DNA from: an uncultured cyanobacterium
GTDB lineage: Bacteria; Cyanobacteriota; Cyanobacteriia; Cyanobacteriales; CAWUOF01
Length of the DNA: 64,000 nucleotides
Assembly (NCBI GenBank): GCA_963744145.1
Contig: CAVUSO010000001.1
Span: forward strand, 7,232,001-7,296,000
Reading direction: 5' to 3'
Of the stretch, positions 30,774 to 40,867 are shown piece by piece; position 1 is the first letter of the stretch; the number at the start of each line of letters is the position of its first letter. Below the pieces are notes generated by a model. The model had not been told where the DNA came from. It saw nothing but the letters and a program-made list of their open reading frames with translations, and searched no databases. The translations under genes were made by a program, and so were the position numbers.

Positions 30774-32792
30774 TCAGGTGGTAGAGTTTTCTATCATCAT
30801 CCAAGCACGGAGAATTTCTGCTACACTCCAAGCTTGAGCAATACATCCCCTTGGGTGCATTGGTGCATCCCCATCAAAGATTTCACTAATTGTACCAATT
30901 CCAGCCGTATGCAGGTGATGGGCGATCGGTTGTAAGATTAATTGTGCTTGTTTCTGGTCATGGTAAACTCGAAAATGGGCTAAAGCAAACGCTCCTAGTA
31001 ACCAAGTCCAAACTGTTCCTTGATGATAAGCACCATCTCGTTGTAATCGATCGCCACCATAATGACCCCGATATTCACGAGAATGAGGAGCTAGAGTCCT
31101 TAAACCATGGGATGTGAGGAGCGATCGCTCACAAATTTCCACGATGGAGCGTTGTTGGGATCGAGTTAAAGGACTACGTGGTAAGGAGACAGCTAAGATT
31201 TGATTAGGTCGTAAAGAGGAATCGTTACCATCGGGAGTATCTAACACATCATAACAATAGCCAAGTCCTTCTTGCCAAAAACGCGCAAATCCAACAGTAG
31301 CTAGAGTAATTAGTTCTTCGTAATCTTCGACCGGTTTACCCAATAAACGGGCAAAATTGGCCATTGTATGTAAAGCATTATACCAGAGAGCATTGATTTC
31401 TACTGGTTTGCCAATCCTGGGAGTGACTACCCAATGGTCAATTTTTGCGTCCATCCAGGTTAGTTGTACTCCTGGTTGTCCAGCATAAATCAATCCATCA
31501 TCAGGATCGAGATGAATATTGTAGCGAGTTCCTTGTTGATGCCATTGGATTATATCTACTAAGATTAACCAAAGTTCTTCTACCAGTGCTAAATCTCCTG
31601 TTGCTTCGTAGTAACTGTGTAGTGCTTCAAAATACCACAGAGTTGCATCAACAGTATTATATTCAGGAGTTTCCCCCTCATCGGGAAAACGATTAGGTAG
31701 CATTCCTTGATTGACGTAACGAGCAAAAGTTTGCAAAATTGCTTTTGCTATTTGGGGTTGTCCTGTGCAAAGGGTAAGTCCTGGTAAGCTAATCATGGTA
31801 TCCCGTCCCCAGTCGCTAAACCAAGGATAACCAGCAATAATTGTTTTTCCCTCTGGTGCTTCGGGAATAGGACGATTGACGATAAACTGATCAGCAGCTA
31901 GAACTAATTGCTTGATCCAATCAGGGGAACTAGCAGGTAAGCTGTATTGTTTTTGCTTTAGACCTTGAATTTGATTTGCTTGGGAATTTTCAAGTAATTT
32001 GGTGGCATACTGACGACGAGATGCTAAAGCTTCTTCTCCATCTAAGTTCGGATTGCTTTCGGTACTAGCAACAATAGTAACTGTATCTCCTGGTTCTAAT
32101 TGGGTGCGAAAATTGGCGATATGAAGATGGTTTTCCTGGTAATCTAAACCGCGATATTTTTCTCTAGGTAAATAAAATGCGTAATACCAATTATAGGTCG
32201 GTGTTCCTTGAGCGATCGCAGAAAGTAAATAGAGGGGTTCAGCGGTGGGAAAAGCAATAAAACAAATCCCTTTTGATAAAGGAATTATACTACTTTCCCA
32301 ATCTGCATCACGAGTCAGATAATGATACGGACGATAGTTGACTAAGGCTTTTATGGTTAGGTTAATTGGCGCGGATGCACGACGCAAGGTATAATGGATA
32401 TAAGTGGTATTTTTGCCTTGTTCCATCCAAATTCGCTTTTCTAATAACGCATTAGCAAAAGCAAAACGCCATAGGGGAATTCCGTTTTCTAACTCAAAGC
32501 TTTCAATATGATTGTAACCAGTTGGATCGATTTTGTCATTCATCCAGCAGTTACTAAATAGGGGATAGTATTGCTGATCATATTCTGCGGTTTCTTCCAA
32601 TTTGGCTAACATTAGAGTTCTCCCCAAAGGAGGTTGGAGCGCAGCAAAAAGTAATCCATGATATCGACGGGTAAGTTGACCTGCGATCGTCCCCGATGCG
32701 TAACTACCTAAACCATTGGTGACTAACCATTCCCGGGTTACAGATATGATTGGATCACCACAAATTTCTCGTCCAAATTCAATTTTCATCAC
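30774..32792 (-). CDS. Amylo-alpha-1,6-glucosidase (glycogen debranching family)
   Basis: EWLVTNGLGSYAS, AGYPWFSDWGRD, TWMDAK, YHQGTVW, QAWSVAE. Confidence 0.92.
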   Translation of the reverse strand: MMKIEFGREICGDPIISVTREWLVTNGLGSYASGTIAGQLTRRYHGLLFAALQPPLGRTLMLAKLEETAEYDQQYYPLFSNCWMNDKIDPTGYNHIESFELENGIPLWRFAFANALLEKRIWMEQGKNTTYIHYTLRRASAPINLTIKALVNYRPYHYLTRDADWESSIIPLSKGICFIAFPTAEPLYLLSAIAQGTPTYNWYYAFYLPREKYRGLDYQENHLHIANFRTQLEPGDTVTIVASTESNPNLDGEEALASRRQYATKLLENSQANQIQGLKQKQYSLPASSPDWIKQLVLAADQFIVNRPIPEAPEGKTIIAGYPWFSDWGRDTMISLPGLTLCTGQPQIAKAILQTFARYVNQGMLPNRFPDEGETPEYNTVDATLWYFEALHSYYEATGDLALVEELWLILVDIIQWHQQGTRYNIHLDPDDGLIYAGQPGVQLTWMDAKIDHWVVTPRIGKPVEINALWYNALHTMANFARLLGKPVEDYEELITLATVGFARFWQEGLGYCYDVLDTPDGNDSSLRPNQILAVSLPRSPLTRSQQRSIVEICERSLLTSHGLRTLAPHSREYRGHYGGDRLQRDGAYHQGTVWTWLLGAFALAHFRVYHDQKQAQLILQPIAHHLHTAGIGTISEIFDGDAPMHPRGCIAQAWSVAEILRAWMMIENSTT

Positions 32793-32834
32793 TTTTACCT
32801 AAGATAGCTACCATCAATATATAACTAATTAAAA

Positions 32835-33584
32835 TTATTCTGTCTTCCGTAGTACCAAAATAAATTCAATCCCATTGTTTTGCATTAATTCAATTGTATA
32901 GGGGGTTGATATGTATGGACGACAGCATAGCAAGAATTCTAAAAAATCTAGTTGAGTCCAGACATGAAAATGAATGCTAAAATCCATTTCCATTCTAGAT
33001 TGAATCCGTGCTTCTATATCTGGTTCTGGATATTTTTCTACTACCCGTACCCATTCTTCAAAGTGAGAACGTCTCGATAACTCTGGACCAGCTAAATAAT
33101 CCTGAATTCGATGTGCTACAGTGGTAATCGGTCGATCGCGATCAAAAGTATAGCGTTGATCGGGAACTGCCATATATAAAATTCCCTGAACTTTTAAAAC
33201 CCTTAGCCAATTTTTGATCGCAGTAATCGGATCTTGACAGTGTTCAATCATGTGGTTAGCAACCACAAAATCTAAAGAATTATCTGCAATTGAAGATAAG
33301 GTTTCCCCATCATCGATCAGATCAACATTAATTAAGGGAGCATCACCTAATTTTGGATATTGTCTTCGCAAATCAGGGACTGACATCCGATCTAAATAGC
33401 GTACTCGAACATAAGGAGGAAGTTCTAAAGGTGCGTTTAATCCACCAATTTCAATCCCATTACCCTCTAAGTAACGATTAGCTATTTCCCGACGTAGTGG
33501 GGTTTCAGTTGATACTGGTGTGGGAAAGGGAACTTGGGTTTGGTTACTCGAATTACAGTAATTAGTTTGAAGTTGATCTTGCAT
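32835..33584 (-). CDS. Class I SAM-dependent methyltransferase
   Basis: GIEIGG, SLDFVVANHMIEH, RVLKVQG. Confidence 0.8.
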   Translation of the reverse strand: MQDQLQTNYCNSSNQTQVPFPTPVSTETPLRREIANRYLEGNGIEIGGLNAPLELPPYVRVRYLDRMSVPDLRRQYPKLGDAPLINVDLIDDGETLSSIADNSLDFVVANHMIEHCQDPITAIKNWLRVLKVQGILYMAVPDQRYTFDRDRPITTVAHRIQDYLAGPELSRRSHFEEWVRVVEKYPEPDIEARIQSRMEMDFSIHFHVWTQLDFLEFLLCCRPYISTPYTIELMQNNGIEFILVLRKTE

Positions 33585-33884
33585 TAGTAATGATTAGGGG
33601 ATAATTTTTGACCATCTCCATCAAGATTATCAGAAAATGGGTTGATTTCCCCGTTTATTTATTGATTTTTACCAAATTAAAATTTTTTCACCCCCTGTGA
33701 ACCTGTAAAAACCAGATATCCTATAGTAATTTTAACATATCTGTGCCAAATTGACAGTAAATTTGGGCTAGACTAGCTAAAAAAAACTAGACTGGATAGA
33801 ATAGTTGAATGTCCGAGTCCCATTGACTCAATTAAAATCTGGCTTTCTCTTTTCTGTGTTAATCTCAACCATTACCAGGGAAAA

Positions 33885-35264
33885 ATGCTCAACCAATCAA
33901 CAATTAACCAAACCATCCAACTCCAGCGCGAGTTTTTTCATACAGGTAAAACTAAAAATATTGAGTTCCGGATCGAACAACTTCATCAACTTTACCAAAC
34001 AATTAAGTCAAATGAAGAGCGGATTTTTTCAGCGATTAAAGCTGATTTACATAAACCAATGGTGGAATGTTTTATTGCAGAAACGGGATTTTGTTTATCT
34101 GAAATTAAAAATGCCATAAAAAATATTAAAGCTTGGACAAAATCTCAAAACATTATCCCACCCCTGACCCAATTTCTCTCTTCTGCTCAAATCCAGGTTG
34201 AACCTTTAGGAGTAGTGCTAATTATTTCTCCCTGGAATTATCCTTTTCAATTAGCGATCGCACCTTTAATTGGTGCGATCGCAGCAGGTAATTGTACCAT
34301 CATCAAACCTTCAGAACTTACTCCCCATACCTCCCAAGTTTTAGCTGATCTCATTCACGAAACTTTTGCTCCAGCTTATATTACTGTTGTTCAAGGTGGA
34401 ATCGCAACCAGTCAACAACTACTTACGGAAAAATTTGATCATATCTTCTTTACTGGTAGCACCGCTATTGGTAAAATTGTGATGCAAGCAGCAGCACAAC
34501 ATTTGACACCAGTTACTTTAGAATTAGGTGGAAAGAGTCCTTGTATTGTCGATCGAGATATTCCTTTAGAAATAACAGCAAGAAGGATTGTGTGGGGTAA
34601 ATTCTTCAACGCGGGACAAAGTTGTATTGCTCCAGATTATTTATTAGTTCATCGACAAGTAAAAACAGATTTAATCGCAAGTTTGCAAAAGATTATCTTA
34701 GAATTTTATGGAGAAGATCCAGAACATAGTGCCGATTATGGCAGAATTATCAATGAAAAACAATTTGATCGGATTGTCAAATTTTTGCAAAATGGTCAAG
34801 TAATCTTTGGAGGGAAAACCAATCGATCCGAATTATATATTGCTCCTACTGCGATCGCGGGTATTTCCTGGGAAACACCAATTATGCAAGAGGAAATTTT
34901 CGGTCCGATTTTACCAATCATGGAATATGAAAATATCACTGATGCGATCGCTCAAATTAATCAGCAACCAAAACCCCTAGCTCTTTACATTTTCTCCCAA
35001 AATCCCCAAATTCAAGCCCAAGTCTTACAGGAAACTAGATCGGGAGGAGTTTGTATCAACGACACCTTATCACATTTTGTTGTATCTGATTTACCTTTTG
35101 GGGGAATTGGGACGAGCGGAATGGGTCAATATCATGGTAAAGCTAGCTTCGATACCTTTTCCCATCAACGCAGTATCTTAAACAAATCCTTTTTAGTTGA
35201 TTTAAAAGTCAGATATGCTCCCTATAAAAATCAACTAAAACTGCTCAAGTTCTTGATCGGCTAA
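33885..35264 (+). CDS. Aldehyde dehydrogenase (class 3-like)
   Basis: PWNYP, FTGS, LELGGKSP, NAGQSC, EEIFGP. Confidence 0.95.
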   Translation: MLNQSTINQTIQLQREFFHTGKTKNIEFRIEQLHQLYQTIKSNEERIFSAIKADLHKPMVECFIAETGFCLSEIKNAIKNIKAWTKSQNIIPPLTQFLSSAQIQVEPLGVVLIISPWNYPFQLAIAPLIGAIAAGNCTIIKPSELTPHTSQVLADLIHETFAPAYITVVQGGIATSQQLLTEKFDHIFFTGSTAIGKIVMQAAAQHLTPVTLELGGKSPCIVDRDIPLEITARRIVWGKFFNAGQSCIAPDYLLVHRQVKTDLIASLQKIILEFYGEDPEHSADYGRIINEKQFDRIVKFLQNGQVIFGGKTNRSELYIAPTAIAGISWETPIMQEEIFGPILPIMEYENITDAIAQINQQPKPLALYIFSQNPQIQAQVLQETRSGGVCINDTLSHFVVSDLPFGGIGTSGMGQYHGKASFDTFSHQRSILNKSFLVDLKVRYAPYKNQLKLLKFLIG

Positions 35265-35319
35265 AACTAGGGGGAGTGCCGCGACGACAAGCAGAAGCCC
35301 TGCGAAAAACCAATAATCC

Positions 35320-35453
35320 GGCTCTCCCGTACTTGTGGTGGAAAATTCTGTTTTTCGGCAGAGGGAAGGGAACAGGGAGCAGGGGGAAAGCTTATGTAGT
35401 AAGCATAAGGAAATTCAATAATTTTTACTGATCACCATAAGTACGGGAGAGCC
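35320..35453. mobile_element. 134-bp MITE-like element with GGCTCT termini
   Basis: 21-bp TIRs GGCTCTCCCGTACTT(G/A)TGGTG; no TSD visible. Confidence 0.7.
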
Positions 35454-35582
35454 ATTCTACTGAAAGAATATCTCTGTTCTGGATGCGATCGCCATTTATC
35501 AGGGTTTCAGGGGTGTTGTCGCCAAGTTTCTTTACAAAACTTTACACCTTGTCCTATTTTGTCCGTATCCCGGCTTTACCCG

Positions 35583-36113
35583 TTAATCAGTTCCAGCCCA
35601 AGTCCAGGTAGGATTGCCATTGTTTAAGCTCTTTTTCACTACGACTAGCGGGTAATTATTAGGATCGAAGCCGCCTGCCAAATCCAAAATAAAGTAAACC
35701 TTACCTTGAACAAAGTGCATCCTGACATAATTCAGCTTTCCAGAGTAGTCTTGTCCATTAACCTTGGTCATGCCAGCAGATGCCAAGCATTTAGCATATA
35801 TCGGTTTGAGTTGACCCACCCATGTAACGCTAAAGTTATTGCTGGTAAGAATAGAGATGTTACTAGCGTAGGCACTTAGGTTAACAGAACCATCTGTGGC
35901 AAAACTGCCTTCTTGATAAGGACGAGGTTGTTCAGTGACAAGCACTTTGTCTGGACAGTTTTGTTTTTGCTGGTTTTCGCTATAAACTTTTAACTCAATC
36001 TTTTGTGATTGATTCTGTGCAAGGGCGCTCAAGTTTGTCAACAGAGGTAATAAAGCAATACTTGCGCCTAAAATCAAAGGTCTAAACGTAATCATAATTT
36101 TCAACTGACTCAA
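35583..36113 (-). CDS. Secreted hypothetical protein
   Basis: Signal peptide ending ALAQ; 176 aa. Confidence 0.7.
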   Translation of the reverse strand: MSQLKIMITFRPLILGASIALLPLLTNLSALAQNQSQKIELKVYSENQQKQNCPDKVLVTEQPRPYQEGSFATDGSVNLSAYASNISILTSNNFSVTWVGQLKPIYAKCLASAGMTKVNGQDYSGKLNYVRMHFVQGKVYFILDLAGGFDPNNYPLVVVKKSLNNGNPTWTWAGTD

Positions 36114-36331
36114 CTAATTCTTTTAAGGCTTGTGGGTCAAAATATCGTCTGGGTTGGTTTTGAAATATTGGAAACTTCACTATTTATTCACCTACTTTTG
36201 AACCTGGCGATCGCCCGCCAAACTCAAAAACGCAGAGCAATGCGTTGAAAGGTTGTAAAGCAGAGTTGCGATCGCTATTCTACTGGTTTGGTTATTCTAG
36301 ATGCGATCGCCACCTCACCCCGTTTAAATTT

Positions 36332-36574
36332 ATGCTGAAACCAATCTTGTCCATAGTTTTAGTCCTGGTAGCTATTACGGCAAACCTATTCTTTTTTGAT
36401 ATTGGCCAATTACAAGCCGCCCAAGATTGCCATAAGTCCTACCCAGATGTCTGTATTCCTTCGCCTCCTCCTGATTTGGATTGCAAGGACATAAGTTATC
36501 GCAATTTTAAGGTTTTACCTCCTGACCCTCACAAGTTCGATCGGGATCAGAATGGGGTTGGTTGTGAGCGGTAG
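36332..36574 (+). CDS. Small secreted Cys-rich protein with an excalibur-like Ca-binding motif
   Basis: Signal peptide, then CHKSYPDVCIP...DLDC...FDRDQNGVGCE. Confidence 0.7.
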   Translation: MLKPILSIVLVLVAITANLFFFDIGQLQAAQDCHKSYPDVCIPSPPPDLDCKDISYRNFKVLPPDPHKFDRDQNGVGCER

Positions 36575-36746
36575 TTTTGGGGGCGATCTCGCTATCGTCC
36601 CAGATGCCTTAAGTGTAATTTTGGTATTAATTCGTTAAATTTATCTAAAAATTTAGCTATAAAGCATACATATAGGATAAGACATGAGCTAAAATAACTC
36701 AGAATATCTGAAGTTAAAAAAATTAAACATCTAAATCAGAAACCTT

Positions 36747-38213
36747 ATGTCGGATGAAAATATTGAAAGAGCAATAGTACCTGAAATAGTTCTTATACCA
36801 TCAAGTAATACACCACCATCTCAGATTGAGACTTCTATAGGCGCATTTAGTCAGCCACTTGCAGAACTATTACAGCATATTGGTTTACCAACGGAAAATA
36901 TTCTTTCACCTATTCAAGAACGCCGAAAAGTAATTTGTGCTTTAGAAAGTACCCTAGAAATTCTTCCGATGGAAGACAGAGCTAAAGCTGATTATTTATC
37001 CAAGTTTACTGTTGCAATTGCAGTTGGTTTATTTGATGGCGCATTAGCTTTTTTATGGAATGAGACTATTAAAGCGTTAGGACGTTTAATAGTTTGTTTC
37101 GACTTGCAATATTTTTACAAAGTAGCAGAAAGTATATCTCCAAAATATAAAAACTTAAACTCAGTAGAAGACTTAGAAGCAATAACTGCACATGATCTTT
37201 TAGAAATATCTAGAAGAATTGGTTTAGTTAACGATATTAATTTTCAAAGATTGAGCCAAGTTAATTATCTTAGAAATCATGCAAGTTCTGCCCATCCTAA
37301 TGAAAACGATATTTCTGGGATTGAAATGTTATCTCTATTAGAAACTTGCCTAAAATATGCTATAATTGCTAAACCTGACCATTCTGTAATTCAAATTAAA
37401 CAACTTCTCGAAAATATTAGAAAAAATCAAATTCCTGATGAAGACTTCGCTGTTATTGGTGAGAATATTTCTAATCAACCACAAGAAAGAATAAATGATT
37501 TTCTGCTATCAATATTTGGTATTTATTGCAATCCAAGACAAGAACAACAAGTCAAAAGTAATATAGAAAAACTAATTCCTTATGTTTGGGCTAGTGCTTT
37601 AGAAGATACTAAATATCATATAGGCTCTAAATTCGGTTTGTATAGAAAAAATGGAGATATTGATAGAAAAAATGCAACTCAAAAGATTTTAGAAATAGTT
37701 GATGGTCTTCGATATCGTGATGAAGATAGCTTGGCAGCAGAGCTTATTGAAAAACTACAAAATTTAAACACTGTCCATTTTGATTTTAATAACTTTTATA
37801 ATGAATCTGTTCATGCAAAATCTATTTTAGAGTCAATTCCCAAAACTGGAATTCCGATAGCAGCAAGAAAGTTATTTGTCAAAGTTATTTGTATTTGCTC
37901 TTGTGGAAATGGGAATGGTTATAGAAATGGTATTGATGAAAATGCTTTACCTTACTACAACAAATTTATTGCAGATTTCACGGTAGACGAGATTAAAGAA
38001 TTTTTGAAGCTTTTTAATGATAACGAGTTTGTTACTGATCTAAGTAAACCTAAAGCTGATGAAAGAATGCGGACATTAGCTAAATATTTTAAACAAAAAA
38101 CAACCAATGTTCACATTAATAAAGCTTTAGATATTATTATAAATTTTCCTAAACAAATTTTGAATAAAGTTGCTAATGATTCTGATTACAAAGCGGTACT
38201 AAAATATGTATAG
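36747..38213 (+). CDS. Hypothetical protein with a HEPN-like motif
   Basis: 488-aa AT-rich ORF; helix FDGALAFLWNE followed by LRNHASSAHP (R-x6-H). Confidence 0.6.
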   Translation: MSDENIERAIVPEIVLIPSSNTPPSQIETSIGAFSQPLAELLQHIGLPTENILSPIQERRKVICALESTLEILPMEDRAKADYLSKFTVAIAVGLFDGALAFLWNETIKALGRLIVCFDLQYFYKVAESISPKYKNLNSVEDLEAITAHDLLEISRRIGLVNDINFQRLSQVNYLRNHASSAHPNENDISGIEMLSLLETCLKYAIIAKPDHSVIQIKQLLENIRKNQIPDEDFAVIGENISNQPQERINDFLLSIFGIYCNPRQEQQVKSNIEKLIPYVWASALEDTKYHIGSKFGLYRKNGDIDRKNATQKILEIVDGLRYRDEDSLAAELIEKLQNLNTVHFDFNNFYNESVHAKSILESIPKTGIPIAARKLFVKVICICSCGNGNGYRNGIDENALPYYNKFIADFTVDEIKEFLKLFNDNEFVTDLSKPKADERMRTLAKYFKQKTTNVHINKALDIIINFPKQILNKVANDSDYKAVLKYV

Positions 38214-38254
38214 TTAAAAGAATTGCTATAGCTAGGCTTTAAGCCCGGTTAGTT

Positions 38255-38434
38255 GCGATCGCTATTCTCCTAGATGGTTTACCTGATAACCTAGCTTTAG
38301 TTTGGATAAAAGCGATCGCTATCTGATGGACTTGATTGGGGTTGGGCATAATCGCTATTCTCCTGATTGGGTTTGGTCTGGGGGGAGCGATCGCTATCTG
38401 ATGGCTTGAGGTTTGTCCGGATGGGGGCGATCGC
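38255..38434. repeat. HIP1-anchored degenerate tandem repeat
   Basis: GCGATCGC at 38255, 38312, 38387 and 38427 plus one degenerate copy, with alternating TATTCTCCT / TATCTGATGG tails. Confidence 0.75.
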
Positions 38435-38481
38435 ATACTCAAAACCCTTTTAGATTTTTAGCGTCTAGAATTACTAAAAAT

Positions 38482-38766
38482 TTACCAGCTATCGATCCAG
38501 TAGTCGCGAATATAGCCAATTAATAATCCCAGTGTAATAGTCATAAAACAACCATTAGCAATGATCGAGAACATATCATTAGTGGGAATTAGCTTCGTAA
38601 TTGCAAAAAACGCGATCGCTACAAACAAAGAGTATTTGCCAAAAGCTGGACTTAGGATAAAACTACTTAAGCCTGCAATGACTATTAGAACGTAGAATGT
38701 ACATTCCCAAAATACTGTAGTTGTGGTGGTTGATGCGATGTTTGATAGATTTTGAATTTCTTCCAT
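38482..38766 (-). CDS. Small membrane protein
   Basis: 94 aa, three hydrophobic segments, GAGG upstream of ATG. Confidence 0.6.
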   Translation of the reverse strand: MEEIQNLSNIASTTTTTVFWECTFYVLIVIAGLSSFILSPAFGKYSLFVAIAFFAITKLIPTNDMFSIIANGCFMTITLGLLIGYIRDYWIDSW

Positions 38767-39091
38767 AAATTATAACCTCGGTTTTTGCTGATTATAGTTT
38801 ATTTCTTCGATTTCAGCAACTGTGATAGAACTACTCATAACCTTAGCAGCTAAAACTTTTAAGCTTGGTTGTCTGGTTGGTTGATTTAAAAATCAAACAT
38901 CCCTAATATTTAAAGTTCTCTAGTGTTATTTGCGATCACTTTTGGGGTACATTTATCTATGGAATCTGGAGTCAAATAAGCATTTTTAAGAAAATATGAT
39001 TAATTAAATAGAATTTATTTATATATTATTGTGGTAATAAATATGCTATCATAAGCTAAGAGAAATATTCATTTAAGCTAGAATTAGAGTA

Positions 39092-40459
39092 ATGATAAAA
39101 ATATCCAATTCAAAATTATTAAACCAAATAAAATTACCTTTACACATTGTCACTTGTCGAAGTAATTTTACTTTCATAGACTTATTTGCGGGTATTGGTG
39201 GCTTTAGAATTGCCTTAGAAAAATTAGGTGGTAAATGCTTAGGGTATTCCGAAATAGACAAAAATGCTATTCAAGTTTATCAACAAAATTTTTTAAATTA
39301 TCTAAATGCGGATGAAGTTGAATTAGGAGATATAACACTCATTAATGAACTGACCTTAGATGTAGATATTATAGTTGGTGGTGTACCTTGTCAACCTTGG
39401 TCAGTCGCAGGTAACTTAAAAGGATTTGAAGATCCTCGAGGAAAATTATGGTTTGATGTGATCAGACTAATTACTCAAAGTAAACCGAAAAGCTTTATTT
39501 TTGAAAATGTCAGTGGGTTGGCTAAACCTAAGCATAGAGAAAATCTTGAACTAATCTTAAATAACTTAGAATCAATTGGCTATTGTGTTAAATGGCAAAT
39601 AGTTAACTCTTATGATTTTGGTTTAGCTCAAAATAGAGACCGAGTTTTTATCGTTGGCATCAGAAATGATTTAGAGAATTATCAAGAATATAGATTTCCT
39701 ACTCCATTAAATATTCATCCCAAAGTGTTAGACATTCTTGATTATAGAAAAAAAATTACTACTTTTGAAAAAATTAAATTAGACCCAGAAATTTTATTTA
39801 ATGGCGCTATTCCGCCATCAAGAAATCGTTTTCAAAAAGATGATGAATTAAACGATTTTTTTACATTTTCAGATTTAAGAAATGGACATACAACTATTCA
39901 CTCATGGGACTTAATTAAAACAACTGCAAGAGAAAAGTTAATCTGTCTAACCCTACTGAAAAACAGACGTAGTAAAAAGTATGGGAATAAAGATGGAAAT
40001 CCGTTATCTTTGGAAAATTTTCAAGATAGTATTCCAGACTTAAAACTAAGTGAGTTAGAACATTTAAGAAAACTAAATATTCTCCGATTAACACCTGATC
40101 AAAAGTATGATTTTGTTAACTCTAAAAATCTGACAGGGATAAATGGTATTTATAGAATTATATTACCTAATGCTGATATTATTCCAACTATAACAGCAAC
40201 TGGCTCTAAAGATTTTATAGCTACTATATCAATTAACGCTAATAACCCTGAAAAATATAGAAATCTTTTTCTAAAAAAAATCTACAAACCTAAAAAATAT
40301 ATTCCACTCAGTGCAATTCATGCTTGCAGACTACAAGGATTTCCAGTAGATTTTGAATATCATCATAATGAAGAAATAGCTAAGGGTCATTTTGGCAATG
40401 CTGTACCTGTGCCTGTTGTTGAATATGTTACTAAAGAATTAATCAAAATTATTCTATAA
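39092..40459 (+). CDS. DNA (cytosine-5)-methyltransferase
   Basis: FIDLFAGIGG, GVPCQPWS, FENV, QNRDRVF, RLQGFP, GNAV. Confidence 0.95.
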   Translation: MIKISNSKLLNQIKLPLHIVTCRSNFTFIDLFAGIGGFRIALEKLGGKCLGYSEIDKNAIQVYQQNFLNYLNADEVELGDITLINELTLDVDIIVGGVPCQPWSVAGNLKGFEDPRGKLWFDVIRLITQSKPKSFIFENVSGLAKPKHRENLELILNNLESIGYCVKWQIVNSYDFGLAQNRDRVFIVGIRNDLENYQEYRFPTPLNIHPKVLDILDYRKKITTFEKIKLDPEILFNGAIPPSRNRFQKDDELNDFFTFSDLRNGHTTIHSWDLIKTTAREKLICLTLLKNRRSKKYGNKDGNPLSLENFQDSIPDLKLSELEHLRKLNILRLTPDQKYDFVNSKNLTGINGIYRIILPNADIIPTITATGSKDFIATISINANNPEKYRNLFLKKIYKPKKYIPLSAIHACRLQGFPVDFEYHHNEEIAKGHFGNAVPVPVVEYVTKELIKIIL

Positions 40460-40460
40460 A

Positions 40461-40841
40461 CTATGTTTTCTTATTAGGATAAAATATATTATCAAATTCT
40501 TTTGAAAAATTTTCATTTCCTAATTCAATAAAGATTAATTCTAAATCCCTAAATGTATTTTGCTGACCAGAACAAAAATCCCAAAATTCATCTTCAACCC
40601 AGATATCATTTGACAAATTTAGCGGTGAACTCGACAATTGAGTTTTATTAGACTCTTTCCAAGATTTTTGGTTATTAGGATTAAACGGAATAACCATACG
40701 AGCTTCAACATTAACCATAGGATCTTGAGCAAGTCTATAAGCATACCATTCTAAAAGCTGATTACTATAATTATTAATAGCATTTTGATTTGGCTGTGAC
40801 GTTTTAATATCAAACATATATTCTATATTATTTTTAGACAA
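40461..40841 (-). pseudogene. C-terminal fragment of a type II restriction endonuclease (TdeIII-like)
   Basis: FDIKTSQPN, PFNP, EDEFWDF; convergent with the methyltransferase; in-frame stop 5 codons upstream, so the N-terminus is missing. Confidence 0.65.
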
Positions 40842-40867
40842 CGAGATTGTTAGCTAGTGCTTTACAA

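Noticed and set aside
38255..38434. Regularly spaced repeats resembling a degenerate CRISPR array
   Set aside because: The conserved part is only HIP1 plus a few bases, spacing is irregular, and the 'spacers' resemble each other
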